Positions 18,684-29,254 of a stretch of DNA of 64,000 nucleotides are shown piece by piece. Both the position numbers and the translations under genes were made by a program. Within the stretch, counting starts at the first letter, position 1, and each line of letters opens with the position of its first letter. Under the pieces are notes generated by a model. That model was not told where the DNA came from and ran no database searches. It saw only the letters and a list, made by a program, of their open reading frames with translations. The DNA lies in sequence record OR836606.1. One strand, 5' to 3'.

Positions 18684-20606
18684 ATGTCTGAAGAAAATAA
18701 AAATGATATGTTGTTATTTGAAGATGATTTAAATGATGATGAAAATGAAGAATTAAAACGTGACATTCCTGAAGATGATGAGGAATTAGAAGAAATGTTT
18801 AATGGATTAATTAATGAAGAAGAAATTGATGATGAAGAATCTGATGATCTTGATGAAATTGAAGATGCTGAAGAAGAAGATGGTGTCGAGATAATTGATT
18901 CTGATCATCCTGACTATGATCAACCAATCATATTAGATAAAGATGAAACTATTACTACAGATGTAGCTAATTCAGATAATGAAATTGAAGAAGATTACTT
19001 ATTCGAAGATGAAAAAGAAGATGAAGATAAGAAACAACCAGGATATTCTGAATTGAGAGCTAAATTCTTAGATTCTCAAATGATAGTTCCTACTACTTTT
19101 GGTCCACATAACTCAGTTTCTGTAAATACTTCTAATTCAGGTGTGAGCGCATCTTCTGTTAGTGATGGTGGAATGTCAGCAGCTAACGGTTCAGCTACAG
19201 TATCTGGTGCTGTAACTGAGAGTGTTAGAGGTGGCGCTTATTTATATGAAAAAGATCTACCTCCAGAATACACTTATGTAGATTTAAGAAATGGAATTCT
19301 AGCTACTGACGCTAAAGTTGGTTACACTATCGGCACACCGGAAGTGGATGACGTTAATAAAGATGGTAAAATTGATATTATTGCTAATGAAAATTATGTA
19401 GATGATAAAAATAAAGCATTTCCATTCATTGCCATTGGAGAAGATTCTGATTTTGCTGTAGTCAAATCATTTAAAAACCATGCAGAGAAAATTCATGAAA
19501 CTCTATTAAACACATTTAAATTAGAGAATGAAAATAAAAAACAAATTTTTGTTACTAATGAATCAATTGAAAATGTTAGACGTATTTTAAGTGAAACTGG
19601 TAAAATTGAAAATGGAAAGGCTATTTGTGAAAATTGTGGAAGCAATTTAACAATGAATGAATCAAATGAATTAGTATGTGAAAATTGTAATGAAGAAATT
19701 GAAGAATCTTTAAAAAATTCTAAAGAAGTTGGAGAAGTAATTTGTAATGAATGTGGTGTTCAAGAAACAGTCGACCCTAACGTCAATGAAGATGAGTTAG
19801 TATGTGAAAATTGTGGTTCTACTGATGTTGAATTTAAAACTAAAGTTATTAATGAAGATGAAGTTAATGAATCTTATACAATTAAAGATTTGATTAGATA
19901 TACAAATGCTTTATCTGAATCTTTAGGTAAACGTGTTGATATTGTCATTAGTAAAGAATCTTATATGGAAGAAGTTCCTAAAGTTTATAATCCTTCTTCA
20001 TTATTAGTTAATAAAGTGGATTTTGGTGAAGGATTTAAAAAAGTAATTGTAGTTGAACCTAAAGTGAACAATATACTTAAAGAATTCTATACGGATAATG
20101 AAATAACTTTAGAAAATTTAGAAAAAGAATTTAATATGAATGCAATTCAACGTGTTAATAATGAATCTCAATCAGGTCTTTTAGAAAATTATCTTAATCC
20201 TTTAGATGAGGTCAATGAAGATGTTAAAGAAAAATTATCTAAGGAAATTAATTTAGAATTACTAGAAGAAAATATTAATTTCCAATTAAAAAATAAAGAT
20301 GATTCACTTTATGAAGGAATTGAGGAATCATTAGAAGAATACTATGAAGATATAGTGTTTGAAGCTTATGAAAATGTACCTAATGAAGATGAAACTCGTC
20401 TTAAAAAATTCTTAGAAGAAAATATTAATGATCTTAATGTAAGCAAAGTAATTCAAGTTAATGAATCTTCTATTTCTATTAATGGACATGATTCCGTATC
20501 TTTTGATGAATATACAGAAAAAGAATTAATGGAAAAACTTTCTGAAGAAAGTAGATTAGAAAGAGATTTATTAAATGAAAATATTTTTAAAATTATTAAT
20601 ATTTAA
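18684..20606 (+). CDS. Very acidic protein with CxxC Zn ribbons, probable internal head protein
   Basis: D/E-rich; four CE(N/E)C-type motifs; many (L/I/V)NE sites. Confidence 0.6.
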   Translation: MSEENKNDMLLFEDDLNDDENEELKRDIPEDDEELEEMFNGLINEEEIDDEESDDLDEIEDAEEEDGVEIIDSDHPDYDQPIILDKDETITTDVANSDNEIEEDYLFEDEKEDEDKKQPGYSELRAKFLDSQMIVPTTFGPHNSVSVNTSNSGVSASSVSDGGMSAANGSATVSGAVTESVRGGAYLYEKDLPPEYTYVDLRNGILATDAKVGYTIGTPEVDDVNKDGKIDIIANENYVDDKNKAFPFIAIGEDSDFAVVKSFKNHAEKIHETLLNTFKLENENKKQIFVTNESIENVRRILSETGKIENGKAICENCGSNLTMNESNELVCENCNEEIEESLKNSKEVGEVICNECGVQETVDPNVNEDELVCENCGSTDVEFKTKVINEDEVNESYTIKDLIRYTNALSESLGKRVDIVISKESYMEEVPKVYNPSSLLVNKVDFGEGFKKVIVVEPKVNNILKEFYTDNEITLENLEKEFNMNAIQRVNNESQSGLLENYLNPLDEVNEDVKEKLSKEINLELLEENINFQLKNKDDSLYEGIEESLEEYYEDIVFEAYENVPNEDETRLKKFLEENINDLNVSKVIQVNESSISINGHDSVSFDEYTEKELMEKLSEESRLERDLLNENIFKIINI

Positions 20607-20776
20607 AATTTATAACATTATTATATAATAATTATTTTTGCTATTAAATAAATTCCCTAATACATTACTAAACGATGAGCCAATTAAAAAAATAAGAGAC
20701 TGTCATCGATTTACAAGTGTATTAGGGGAATTTTATCGCATTTATTTTAACATCAAATAGAAAGTAGGAGAAAATC

Positions 20777-21862
20777 ATGGCAGAAAACAATGAAATTTTA
20801 ATAACTGTTCCTCATAAAACATATATACCTAATAAAGGAATGGGACCAATAAATAAACCTTTTTATGTTGACAAAGATATTTTAAAATTATATGACTTAA
20901 TGAATATACAATATAAGAGAATAACCGATTATGATTATACAGATATAAATGAAGATGGAAAATATGAAGTTAAAGAAATCAAATCAGTGGAAGATTATAT
21001 TGAACAGAAGTATTTACAAGTTAATGAAATATTTAAACAAATAAAAATTATGTCTAATGATAGTGAAAATATTAATAGAGAAATAGAAGATAAATTTGAA
21101 AAAGTTAAAAAGAACTTAATTAACGCTGACAGTCTTGATGCATATTTGAGCGATCTTGATAAATTTAAATATGATATAGAAGATAAAAAACTAGATCTCC
21201 AAACTGAAAAAGAAAATGTAATTTCAACAATAGAAGATATGAATAATAAATTGGATAGTGTGAAAGAAACTTTATCTGATTTTGAAAATGTAAGAGAACA
21301 ATTCAATAGTAATTATAACAACACAATGAGTCTTAATGATGAAATGCAGAACTTAAGTGAAACTGCAAACTATATTAAGAGCATGGTAAATGATGTAGCT
21401 AATGTAGAAAAAAAATTAAATCTTATAAAAGATAAAACTGCAGAATTAGAATTATCACAGGAATCATTTAACAATAGTATAAGTGATTTTGAAAATAAAT
21501 TATTAGATTATAAAGAGAATCTTAAAAATTATATGATAGAAAATGCTGAAATGTATAAAGGTGAACCAGGCAAACAAGGACCAAAAGGAGAACCTTTCAA
21601 ATATTCTGATTTCACTCCAGAACAATTAAAGGAATTAAAAGGAGAACCTTTCAAATATTCTGATTTCACATCAGAACAATTAGAAGAATTAAAAGGAGAA
21701 TCTTTTGAATATTCTGATTTTACTCAAGATCAATTAGAGCTATTAAAAGGTGAAAAAGGTGATAAAGGAGATTCAGTTCCTCCTAAAGTATTTACCAAAG
21801 AAGAATATGAAAATTTACCAAATAAAGATCCAAATACTCTATACTTTATAAGTGAGGGATAA
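20777..21862 (+). CDS. Fibre/decoration-like protein: coiled coil plus collagen-like repeats
   Basis: GEPGKQGPKGEPFKYSDFTPEQL repeats; central coiled coil. Confidence 0.65.
   Translation: MAENNEILITVPHKTYIPNKGMGPINKPFYVDKDILKLYDLMNIQYKRITDYDYTDINEDGKYEVKEIKSVEDYIEQKYLQVNEIFKQIKIMSNDSENINREIEDKFEKVKKNLINADSLDAYLSDLDKFKYDIEDKKLDLQTEKENVISTIEDMNNKLDSVKETLSDFENVREQFNSNYNNTMSLNDEMQNLSETANYIKSMVNDVANVEKKLNLIKDKTAELELSQESFNNSISDFENKLLDYKENLKNYMIENAEMYKGEPGKQGPKGEPFKYSDFTPEQLKELKGEPFKYSDFTSEQLEELKGESFEYSDFTQDQLELLKGEKGDKGDSVPPKVFTKEEYENLPNKDPNTLYFISEG
21584..21755 (+). repeat. 54-bp tandem repeat, about 3 copies (KGEPFKYSDFTPEQLKEL)
   Basis: Directly visible in the DNA and the protein. Confidence 0.9.
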
Positions 21863-21867
21863 TTAAT

Positions 21868-22578
21868 ATGATTAATATAGGAAAACAAACAATCCCTTTT
21901 TTGTATAAAGGAAATAATCTTTTATACCCAAGTATAACAAAAGAAAATTTAGTATTGTATTTGGATTTTAAACAATTAACCGGTAAAAGAATTAATAATC
22001 GTCAAATGAAAGATTTGACTTTAAATAATAATATAACATTCAATAATTTCCCAATTTATCCAAATAATTTAATAATGGATTCTATCAAGCTTGACGGAAT
22101 TGATGATTATATCCTTAGTGATGCTAAAGTTGGCGGAAAATCTTTCACCTTACTTCAAAGTCTAGAGATTGTTAGTGATAAAGAACAACAGTTTTTCCAC
22201 TGTTTTAACAATCCTTCTTTTTATATGAGAAAATATCGAAATTTATTACAGTGCTCAGTTAATTATGGGACGCAGACATTAATAACTGCAAATGATATTT
22301 TTCTAGAATTTCCTAAAAAAATTTTTATAGGTTACTCATTCGATTATGAAAAGAAAGAAATAAAACTAATAATTAATGGAAATATTGTTGATAGTAGAAT
22401 TATCACTATCACGTCAAATGTTGATTTAACATTAACTAACATAGGACAGTATTACACTCCTAGTAAAACATATAATTTTGATGGTAATCTTTGTTCTATT
22501 TCATTGTATGATAGAGCTTTAACTAATGAAGAAATAATGAAAAATTATTTAGTGGATAAAGAAAGATGGGGTGTTTAA
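21868..22578 (+). CDS. LamG/ConA-like tail-associated protein
   Basis: LVLYLDF..IKLDGIDDYI..FDGNLCSISLYDRALTNEEI. Confidence 0.7.
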   Translation: MINIGKQTIPFLYKGNNLLYPSITKENLVLYLDFKQLTGKRINNRQMKDLTLNNNITFNNFPIYPNNLIMDSIKLDGIDDYILSDAKVGGKSFTLLQSLEIVSDKEQQFFHCFNNPSFYMRKYRNLLQCSVNYGTQTLITANDIFLEFPKKIFIGYSFDYEKKEIKLIINGNIVDSRIITITSNVDLTLTNIGQYYTPSKTYNFDGNLCSISLYDRALTNEEIMKNYLVDKERWGV

Positions 22579-23406
22579 GTGAGTATAATAAGAATGGGTG
22601 ACAAATCTATTGCCTTTGTATATAAAGGTAATGATTTAATTTATCCAAATCCTATTGAAGATGGTTTAATATTATGGTATGATTTTGCGGGAATGAAAAA
22701 TGATAGTGTTAATAAAAATATTACAAAAGATTTAACTAAAAACACAAATGAAAGTGCTAAACACTTTAATTTTTTATACAATTCTCAAAGCGGTTATAAT
22801 AAGGGAATAAAGTTTGATGGCATTGATGATGAAATTATTCCAATGATAAAATATAAAGACGATATAACACGACAGCTAGATATGAAAAAAATAAATAATG
22901 GTCAAATCTTTTCAATTGAAATGACATTAAAAATGTCAGATAAGATTATAGACAAAGGATCAGAAATATTTATGACTGACAAAACATATGGTAGGTTCTG
23001 GTTACAATTTTTGAAAGATAATAACTATACAGAGACTGATGAGTTTGTTATATCTGCTTCAACATATTATGGAAATGAGGGTGGAAGAAATACTTCTGCC
23101 TTTAGCATAAAAGAATCATATAAATACGGAGATGAATTTCATTTAATTACTACATTAGATAAAAATGATAAAATCGTATTATATGTAAATGGAATAAAAA
23201 AAGATGAAAAAACTTTAGGTGACATTGCAATTACGACACCTCAGGAGGAAGAACTTTTAGTTTATATAGGTCAAGGAGATTCAAGTACGTATTATCGTAG
23301 ATTTGATCATGAAATATACTCAATGAAAATATATGACAAGGTTCTTACTGAAGAAGAAGTTAAACATAATTATGAATTGGAAAAAGTAAGATGGGAGTTA
23401 GAATAA
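22579..23406 (+). CDS. LamG/ConA-like tail-associated protein, paralog of the upstream gene
   Basis: LILWYDF..IKFDGIDDEI..IYSMKIYDKVLTEEEV. Confidence 0.7.
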   Translation: MSIIRMGDKSIAFVYKGNDLIYPNPIEDGLILWYDFAGMKNDSVNKNITKDLTKNTNESAKHFNFLYNSQSGYNKGIKFDGIDDEIIPMIKYKDDITRQLDMKKINNGQIFSIEMTLKMSDKIIDKGSEIFMTDKTYGRFWLQFLKDNNYTETDEFVISASTYYGNEGGRNTSAFSIKESYKYGDEFHLITTLDKNDKIVLYVNGIKKDEKTLGDIAITTPQEEELLVYIGQGDSSTYYRRFDHEIYSMKIYDKVLTEEEVKHNYELEKVRWELE

Positions 23407-23520
23407 TAATCTAAATAATGAACTATCTTTTTTGATTATTATGACTTACTCAAGAAAAATAGATATATGATAGATTGTTGCTATTAAATATTATAGATTA
23501 GAAAAAGAAAGAAGTGATAT

Positions 23521-23745
23521 TTGATGAAATTTGTTATTGCAAATATAGAATTATTTGAGAGAATGGGATACAATACTAAATATTGGAGAAAATCAATAGA
23601 TGGTAATAAAACTATTTGTCATTTAGAATATGCTGAGATTTTAGATAACGGAATTCAAGAAGAACCAGATACTTTAGTTGTTGATGCAGCTGAAGCTCAA
23701 GATATTATGAATTCTGAAGAATGGACTAGTAAAGAAGAAGAATAA
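23521..23745 (+). CDS. Small hypothetical protein
   Basis: 74 aa with an upstream RBS-like sequence. Confidence 0.6.
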   Translation: MMKFVIANIELFERMGYNTKYWRKSIDGNKTICHLEYAEILDNGIQEEPDTLVVDAAEAQDIMNSEEWTSKEEE

Positions 23746-23787
23746 AAACAAGTAAATATAATAAAAATAATTGGAGGAATTTTAATA

Positions 23788-24738
23788 ATGGCTAAAAAAT
23801 ATATCGGTACATGGAATGGTGTTCCAGTATATACTGATTTTTTACCTATTGGTACACGTAGAACTGGAGACAAAATCAACAGCCCTAAATTTATTGTTGC
23901 TCATGACACAGGAAATCCTAACTCTACAGCTCAAAATAATGTCGATTACTATCGTAATTCATACAATATTAATTGGAATTATACGGCTTCAGCACATATT
24001 TTTGTTGATGATAAGGAATGTATTATCTGTGTTCCTTTAGATGAAAAAGCATGGCACGTTATGTATAATACGCCAACTGATAATATTTGGTATGGAGTAG
24101 ATGCAAACGATGCAGCTATCGGTGTAGAAGGTTGTTATTTCTCTAATAGAAACCGTTCATTAAAATCATTTGATAATTATTGTCGTATTCTTGCTTTCTT
24201 ATGTAAAGAATATAAAATTAATGCTAGTACTAATATGCCAGGACATCAAAATATTCAAGCTGATAAACAAGATCCAGGCAATTTGTTAGCTGCTTGCGGC
24301 ATGTCTCGTAATATTTCTAACGTAGATAAAAAAGTTCTAGCTTATATGAAATCTGGAGTAACTTCTACTGCTAAAAAAGAAACTGCTACAAAAGCACCCG
24401 TAAAAGAAAAAGCACCTGCAAAACCTAAGAAAACTAGTACAGTAACTTCTAAAACATGGAAACGTAATTCTGACGGTATTTTATGGAAAACTGAAAGAGC
24501 TATTTTTAAATGTGGTGTCTCAGTAGGAATTGTCACTCGTAAAAATGGTCCATGGACTGGATGGCCGCAAGGTCCTCTTATGAGTAAAGGAGATACTATT
24601 AAATATGATGAAATCCAAGATTTTAATGGTTATATTTGGGTCTCAGGTAAATTTAAAGGTCAATATGTATATGTACCAGTAGGTAAATCAAATGGTAACG
24701 GTAAACGTATTGGACCAGCATGGGGAACATTTAGCTAA
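23788..24738 (+). CDS. Endolysin: N-acetylmuramoyl-L-alanine amidase (Amidase_2) plus SH3b
   Basis: IVAHDTGN, SAHIFVDD, WHV, GHQ..KQDPG; C-terminal staphylococcal SH3b (GPWTGW..YDEIQ..GYIWV..AWGTFS). Confidence 0.9.
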   Translation: MAKKYIGTWNGVPVYTDFLPIGTRRTGDKINSPKFIVAHDTGNPNSTAQNNVDYYRNSYNINWNYTASAHIFVDDKECIICVPLDEKAWHVMYNTPTDNIWYGVDANDAAIGVEGCYFSNRNRSLKSFDNYCRILAFLCKEYKINASTNMPGHQNIQADKQDPGNLLAACGMSRNISNVDKKVLAYMKSGVTSTAKKETATKAPVKEKAPAKPKKTSTVTSKTWKRNSDGILWKTERAIFKCGVSVGIVTRKNGPWTGWPQGPLMSKGDTIKYDEIQDFNGYIWVSGKFKGQYVYVPVGKSNGNGKRIGPAWGTFS

Positions 24739-24773
24739 TAAATGATTCTATAATGTAAATTACAATTTAATAT

Positions 24774-24808
24774 TACCCTAACGATCATATTAAAGATTCG
24801 TTAGGGTA
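24774..24808 (+). terminator. Hairpin of the CCCTAAC family
   Basis: TACCCTAACGA / TCGTTAGGGTA plus T-rich tail. Confidence 0.75.
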
Positions 24809-24906
24809 TTTTATTTTTATATTATTGTGAAACATATTATTTTTATAAAAGAACAACTAAATATAAAGGAATAAAGAAAAATTTATCGAAAGGGTTTGAA
24901 TAAAAT

Positions 24907-25689
24907 ATGAAAACTAAAGCTCAAGCTTTAAATTGGGTTAATGATCGTATTGGTCGTAGACTTGACATGGATGGAGCTTATGGAGCTCAATGTATGGATT
25001 TGACTATTGGTTATTGTAATTATTTAACTGATGGAAAATTCTGGCCATGGGGTAATGCTAAAGATCTTAAAAATAATACACTACCCGAAGGATGGAAACT
25101 TATTAAAAATACTCCATCGTTCTTGCCTCAACCAGGGGATATCGCTATTTGGGCTTATTCTCCATACGATGTTTATGGACATACAGGTATTATTACTTCA
25201 GCTAACTTAAATAATTTCTATTCAGTTGACCAGAACTGGTTTAACGCAGGTAGCAATGGTTCACCTGCAGCTAAAGTATTCCATGATTATACAGGATTTT
25301 GGGGAGTAATTCGTCCAGCTTACGGTATTGATACTAACAAGAAAGCGACACATAAGAAAAAAGCAGTTAAGAAAGTAGCTCCTAAGAAAGCAGTTACATC
25401 TAATAAATGGAGACGTAATTCTGCAGGCATTCTATGGAAAACTGAAAGAGCTACTTTTAAATGTAATGTTTCTTCAGGAATTATTACTCGTAAGAATGGT
25501 CCATGGACTGGATGGTCTACAGGTCCATTCATGAAAAAAGGAGATTCTATTGAATACGAAGAAATCCAAGATTTTGATGGTCTTATCTGGGTTTCAGGTG
25601 AATTTAAAGGACAATACGTTTATATTCCAATTGGTAACTCAAATGGTAAAGGACAACGTATTGGTAAAGCATGGGGAACATTTAGCTAA
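24907..25689 (+). CDS. Endolysin: CHAP plus SH3b
   Basis: DMDGAYGAQCMDL (catalytic Cys), YGHTG (His), DQNW; SH3b C-terminus. Confidence 0.92.
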   Translation: MKTKAQALNWVNDRIGRRLDMDGAYGAQCMDLTIGYCNYLTDGKFWPWGNAKDLKNNTLPEGWKLIKNTPSFLPQPGDIAIWAYSPYDVYGHTGIITSANLNNFYSVDQNWFNAGSNGSPAAKVFHDYTGFWGVIRPAYGIDTNKKATHKKKAVKKVAPKKAVTSNKWRRNSAGILWKTERATFKCNVSSGIITRKNGPWTGWSTGPFMKKGDSIEYEEIQDFDGLIWVSGEFKGQYVYIPIGNSNGKGQRIGKAWGTFS

Positions 25690-25762
25690 AGAAGGATTTT
25701 TATAAGATCCTTCTTTAACTTTTATTTATAAAATAAAATATGATAAAGGAGATCACGTATTT

Positions 25763-26314
25763 ATGTTAAATTTCAACGAAGATAATAATTTCATTATTAT
25801 TAATGAAAAAGCATTTGTGCCTGGTAAAGGTAAAGGTCCTTTTGTTAAACCTTTCCGAGCTTCAGGTTCACAAATCCGTTTATTTAAACGTTTAGGTTTA
25901 CAAGTAACAATTGTCGATGAAGACTATGTATACCCAAGCGATAAATCAGATAAAAAAGAAGATAAAAATGAAACTGTTTCCGAATCAAGTGACACACAAC
26001 CTCAAGAAGAAAGCAACAATGAAGAGAAGAAATTGGATGAAGAAACAGAAAGTAAAGAAACAGAAAGTAAAGAAACAGAAAGTAAAGAAACGGAAAGTAA
26101 AGAAACGGAAAGTAAAGAACCAGAAAGTAAAGAAACGGAAGAATTAAAAGAAGAAGACAAAGAAGCAAAAGTTTATGGAGAAATCAAAGTTACAGAAGAA
26201 GAACTAAATGAATTCACTGTAGCTGAACTTAAAGAAGAATTAGATTCTAAAGGAATCGATTATGTTAAAAATGCTCGCAAACAAGATTTAATTAACTTAT
26301 TATTAAAAAAATAA
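25763..26314 (+). CDS. Protein with KETES repeats and a C-terminal HeH/Rho-N-like helical domain
   Basis: TVAELKEELDSKGI..ARKQDLINLL. Confidence 0.65.
   Translation: MLNFNEDNNFIIINEKAFVPGKGKGPFVKPFRASGSQIRLFKRLGLQVTIVDEDYVYPSDKSDKKEDKNETVSESSDTQPQEESNNEEKKLDEETESKETESKETESKETESKETESKEPESKETEELKEEDKEAKVYGEIKVTEEELNEFTVAELKEELDSKGIDYVKNARKQDLINLLLKK
26042..26140 (+). repeat. 15-bp tandem repeat (GAAACAGAAAGTAAA), about 6.5 copies
   Basis: Directly visible. Confidence 0.95.
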
Positions 26315-26337
26315 AGAAAGGAAAGTGAATTCTAAAA

Positions 26338-28266
26338 ATGGCCACTACTAACTACTTTAAAGTAAAATTATTAGATGAAAAATTAATTCCATTTTTAGGA
26401 TTAGGTGAACGTGGACCTCGTGAAAACGTTATTCTTTCTAGTAATGATTTAGCTAGCTTAAAACAAGCTGGCTGGACTGTTACTGATATTCAACCTCTTC
26501 CTGAAACTGGTAAAATTAAATATGATAGAAGAACAGTTTATTTCAAATCTGAAGGAGAAAGTAATAAATTTATTAATGTGCCTTTCTATATTAATCCTGT
26601 AGACGCTCGTGACGTATTAGGTTTATTAAAATTTGATTTAATTAAACTTTCAGATAAATCTGTAGTTAATACTTATACTGCTAAAGATATTAAGTCTGAA
26701 GTTTTAAGTTTACCTACTTCTGATTTAGAAATTAATGAAGAATATGAACTTAAATTGTATTTCCCTAAAGATACTGCAGAAAAGTATGATATTGCTATTT
26801 CTGAAGGTCATGAAAATATTTTTGAACGTGTTAAAGATTCAATCTTTATTAAAGTTAAGGAATATGGCAAATTTACAGGACGTCTTGTTCAATTACAACA
26901 AGATATTAATGTTTTTAAAGAATCTGTTTTACCTTTAGATAAAATTTTAGGTTATAAAGACTTTGATTCTAAGGAAGTTACTCCTGTAGCTAAAGAAAAC
27001 TTATTACAATTATTGTCTGTAAATATTAGTGATGAAAGTTATGCTAAATATCAGTCAGATAAAAAACGCTTATTATTCTTTAGTAAAACTGGTGAAATCT
27101 TAGTTAAAGTACATGAAAGAAGCATTCAAGATAATATTGTTAATTTCAATATTCGTATTTTAAATGAAGAAACAGTACAAAACGAAATTGATAAAAAAAT
27201 TGATTATTCCATTTATAATCCTAAAAATGGAGAATTTGAAAGTATTAATCAAACTAAAAGTTTAACCGTTACTCCAGAAACAGTTAATATTGAAGCTGAA
27301 GAAACTCAGAAATTAGAAGTTACTACTGAACCTGAAGGAAGAAAAGTAAGCTTTGAATTAAAAGACGGTTCTGAATTTGCTTCATTAGATGATGAAGGAA
27401 ATATTACTGGTATCTCTGAAGGAACTGCAAATGTGACGGTTAAATCAGACAATATTTCTAAAAATGTGGAGGTTAATGTAAGCCGTTTAAAGACTAAGAG
27501 TCTAACTGTTAATCCAGAAGAAGTTAACATCGATGCAGAATCAACTCAACAGTTAGACGTTAAAATTCAACCATCCACAAACCCTGTAAGTTATTCCATT
27601 ACTGAAGGATCTGAATTTGCTTCAGTTAATGATAGCGGTCTTGTGACTGCACAAGCTGAAGGAACTGCTAAAGTCAAAGTAAGTTCTGACGATATTAGTA
27701 AGACAGTCATTGTTAATGTAACTAGAGTGAAGACTAAAAATCTAACTGTTACCCCAGAAGAAGTTAACATCGATGCAGAATCAACTCAACAGTTAAATGT
27801 AACTACAGATCCTGAAGGGAATCCTGTAAACTATTCTATCGTTGAAGGCTCTGAATATGCTTCCGTTAATAGTAATGGTCTTGTAACCGCTAAAGAAGTA
27901 GGAACTGCTAAAGTTAATGTAAGTTCTGATAGCGTAAATAAAGAGATTACTATTAATGTAACTAAAGTAGAGACTAAAAATCTAACTGTTACTCCTGATA
28001 GTATTGATATGAAAGATAATGAAACTCAACAATTAAATGTAACTACTGAACCTGAAGGAAATCCCGTAAGTTATTCTGTCACTGAAGGTTCTGAATATGC
28101 TTCCGTTAACGAAAGTGGTCTTGTAACTGCTAATGCGGTAGGAACTGCTAAAGTTAGAGTTACTTCTGATAGCGTAACTAAAGATATTAACGTTAATGTA
28201 ACTACATCACAAGTAGAAGAAACTCCATTAGAAGAAACTCCAGAAGAAGAAGAAGCTACAGAATAA
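26338..28266 (+). CDS. Virion protein with four tandem Ig-like (Big_2) domains
   Basis: Four roughly 80-aa repeats (TKxLTVTPE..QLNVTTEPEG..ASVNxSGLVTA..GTAKV). Confidence 0.85.
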   Translation: MATTNYFKVKLLDEKLIPFLGLGERGPRENVILSSNDLASLKQAGWTVTDIQPLPETGKIKYDRRTVYFKSEGESNKFINVPFYINPVDARDVLGLLKFDLIKLSDKSVVNTYTAKDIKSEVLSLPTSDLEINEEYELKLYFPKDTAEKYDIAISEGHENIFERVKDSIFIKVKEYGKFTGRLVQLQQDINVFKESVLPLDKILGYKDFDSKEVTPVAKENLLQLLSVNISDESYAKYQSDKKRLLFFSKTGEILVKVHERSIQDNIVNFNIRILNEETVQNEIDKKIDYSIYNPKNGEFESINQTKSLTVTPETVNIEAEETQKLEVTTEPEGRKVSFELKDGSEFASLDDEGNITGISEGTANVTVKSDNISKNVEVNVSRLKTKSLTVNPEEVNIDAESTQQLDVKIQPSTNPVSYSITEGSEFASVNDSGLVTAQAEGTAKVKVSSDDISKTVIVNVTRVKTKNLTVTPEEVNIDAESTQQLNVTTDPEGNPVNYSIVEGSEYASVNSNGLVTAKEVGTAKVNVSSDSVNKEITINVTKVETKNLTVTPDSIDMKDNETQQLNVTTEPEGNPVSYSVTEGSEYASVNESGLVTANAVGTAKVRVTSDSVTKDINVNVTTSQVEETPLEETPEEEEATE

Positions 28267-28281
28267 AAAAAAGATATAAAT

Positions 28282-28313
28282 TCCCCTAACCTTAAATTAA
28301 TAAGGTTAGGGGA
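28282..28313. terminator. Bidirectional hairpin between convergent genes
   Basis: TCCCCTAACCTTA / TAAGGTTAGGGGA; core identical to the hairpin at 1831-1858. Confidence 0.8.
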
Positions 28314-28319
28314 TATATT

Positions 28320-29156
28320 TTATTTTTTATGAATTATATTATCATCTTCTAGTCTTATTTGATTAGATACATCAATTTTATTGACTTCATCAGTATCTAT
28401 AACGTCCTTTATAAAATCGACTTTAATATTCATACCTAAAGAATTTGTTATAGTTTCCATAGTTTTCCATGTCAATTTTCCTTGTTTGATCATTTTATCC
28501 ATAGATGATTTAATTTTACTTATAGGATTTTTCTCATCAGAATTATTTTCAAGTTCTCCAAATAACATCTCAAAAGTATATCCTTCTTTTCCTAATTCTT
28601 CTAAAAACTCTACAAACTCTAATATAAAATCTTCATATATAACATCAGGCATTAAATCGAAATTTAATTTACCCATAAATCTAGAAGACTTAACTTTACG
28701 TTTAGGTTCATATAATTTTAATTCATTCATGCTTTTAAACTCTTCAGTTATTATATGAACTTTATAATCTATAGCTTCAGTAATAGTCATTAATGACTGT
28801 ATTGTAAAAACTTTACTACTTTTAAGTCTATAAATAGTGTTTTTAAAGGAATCAATTTCATCTTTACCATACGCTTTTGCATATCTTTCGAAATAAGATT
28901 CAAAATCTAGATTTTCTTTATCAGCTACAATATTTTCCATAAATTGAATAGCACGTTTACCTAAATATGGAAGACTTTCATATTCCTCCTTAGTTACTAA
29001 ACCTTTAATATCTCCTTTATATTTAGATGAATTTAGATCATCTTCTCCATTAATATTATCTGAACTCCTTACTTCTTTAAAAACTTCTCTAACATCAATA
29101 GTGTCCATACCGCTTATAATTCTTTCTAATTCACTTAAATCCTTTTTGTTCGCCAT
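28320..29156 (-). CDS. Hypothetical protein, possibly two Cro/C1-like HTH domains
   Basis: Two segments ending in FTIQSLMTITEAIDYKVHI and LTWKTMETITNSLGMNIKVDF. Confidence 0.4.
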   Translation of the reverse strand: MANKKDLSELERIISGMDTIDVREVFKEVRSSDNINGEDDLNSSKYKGDIKGLVTKEEYESLPYLGKRAIQFMENIVADKENLDFESYFERYAKAYGKDEIDSFKNTIYRLKSSKVFTIQSLMTITEAIDYKVHIITEEFKSMNELKLYEPKRKVKSSRFMGKLNFDLMPDVIYEDFILEFVEFLEELGKEGYTFEMLFGELENNSDEKNPISKIKSSMDKMIKQGKLTWKTMETITNSLGMNIKVDFIKDVIDTDEVNKIDVSNQIRLEDDNIIHKK

Positions 29157-29254
29157 ATAATATCACTCGCTTTATTTATTTTTTATAAAAAATAAAAGGT
29201 ATATATGATCTAATATAGACATTTATCTATATTAGATCATAAATTATTTGATTC

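Noticed and set aside
26042-26140. 15-bp tandem repeat as a regulatory or phase-variable array
   Set aside because: In-frame coding repeat (KETES) forming a low-complexity linker
1830-28313. TTAGGG/CCCTAA as telomere-like repeats
   Set aside because: Single copies forming the arms of terminator hairpins, never tandem
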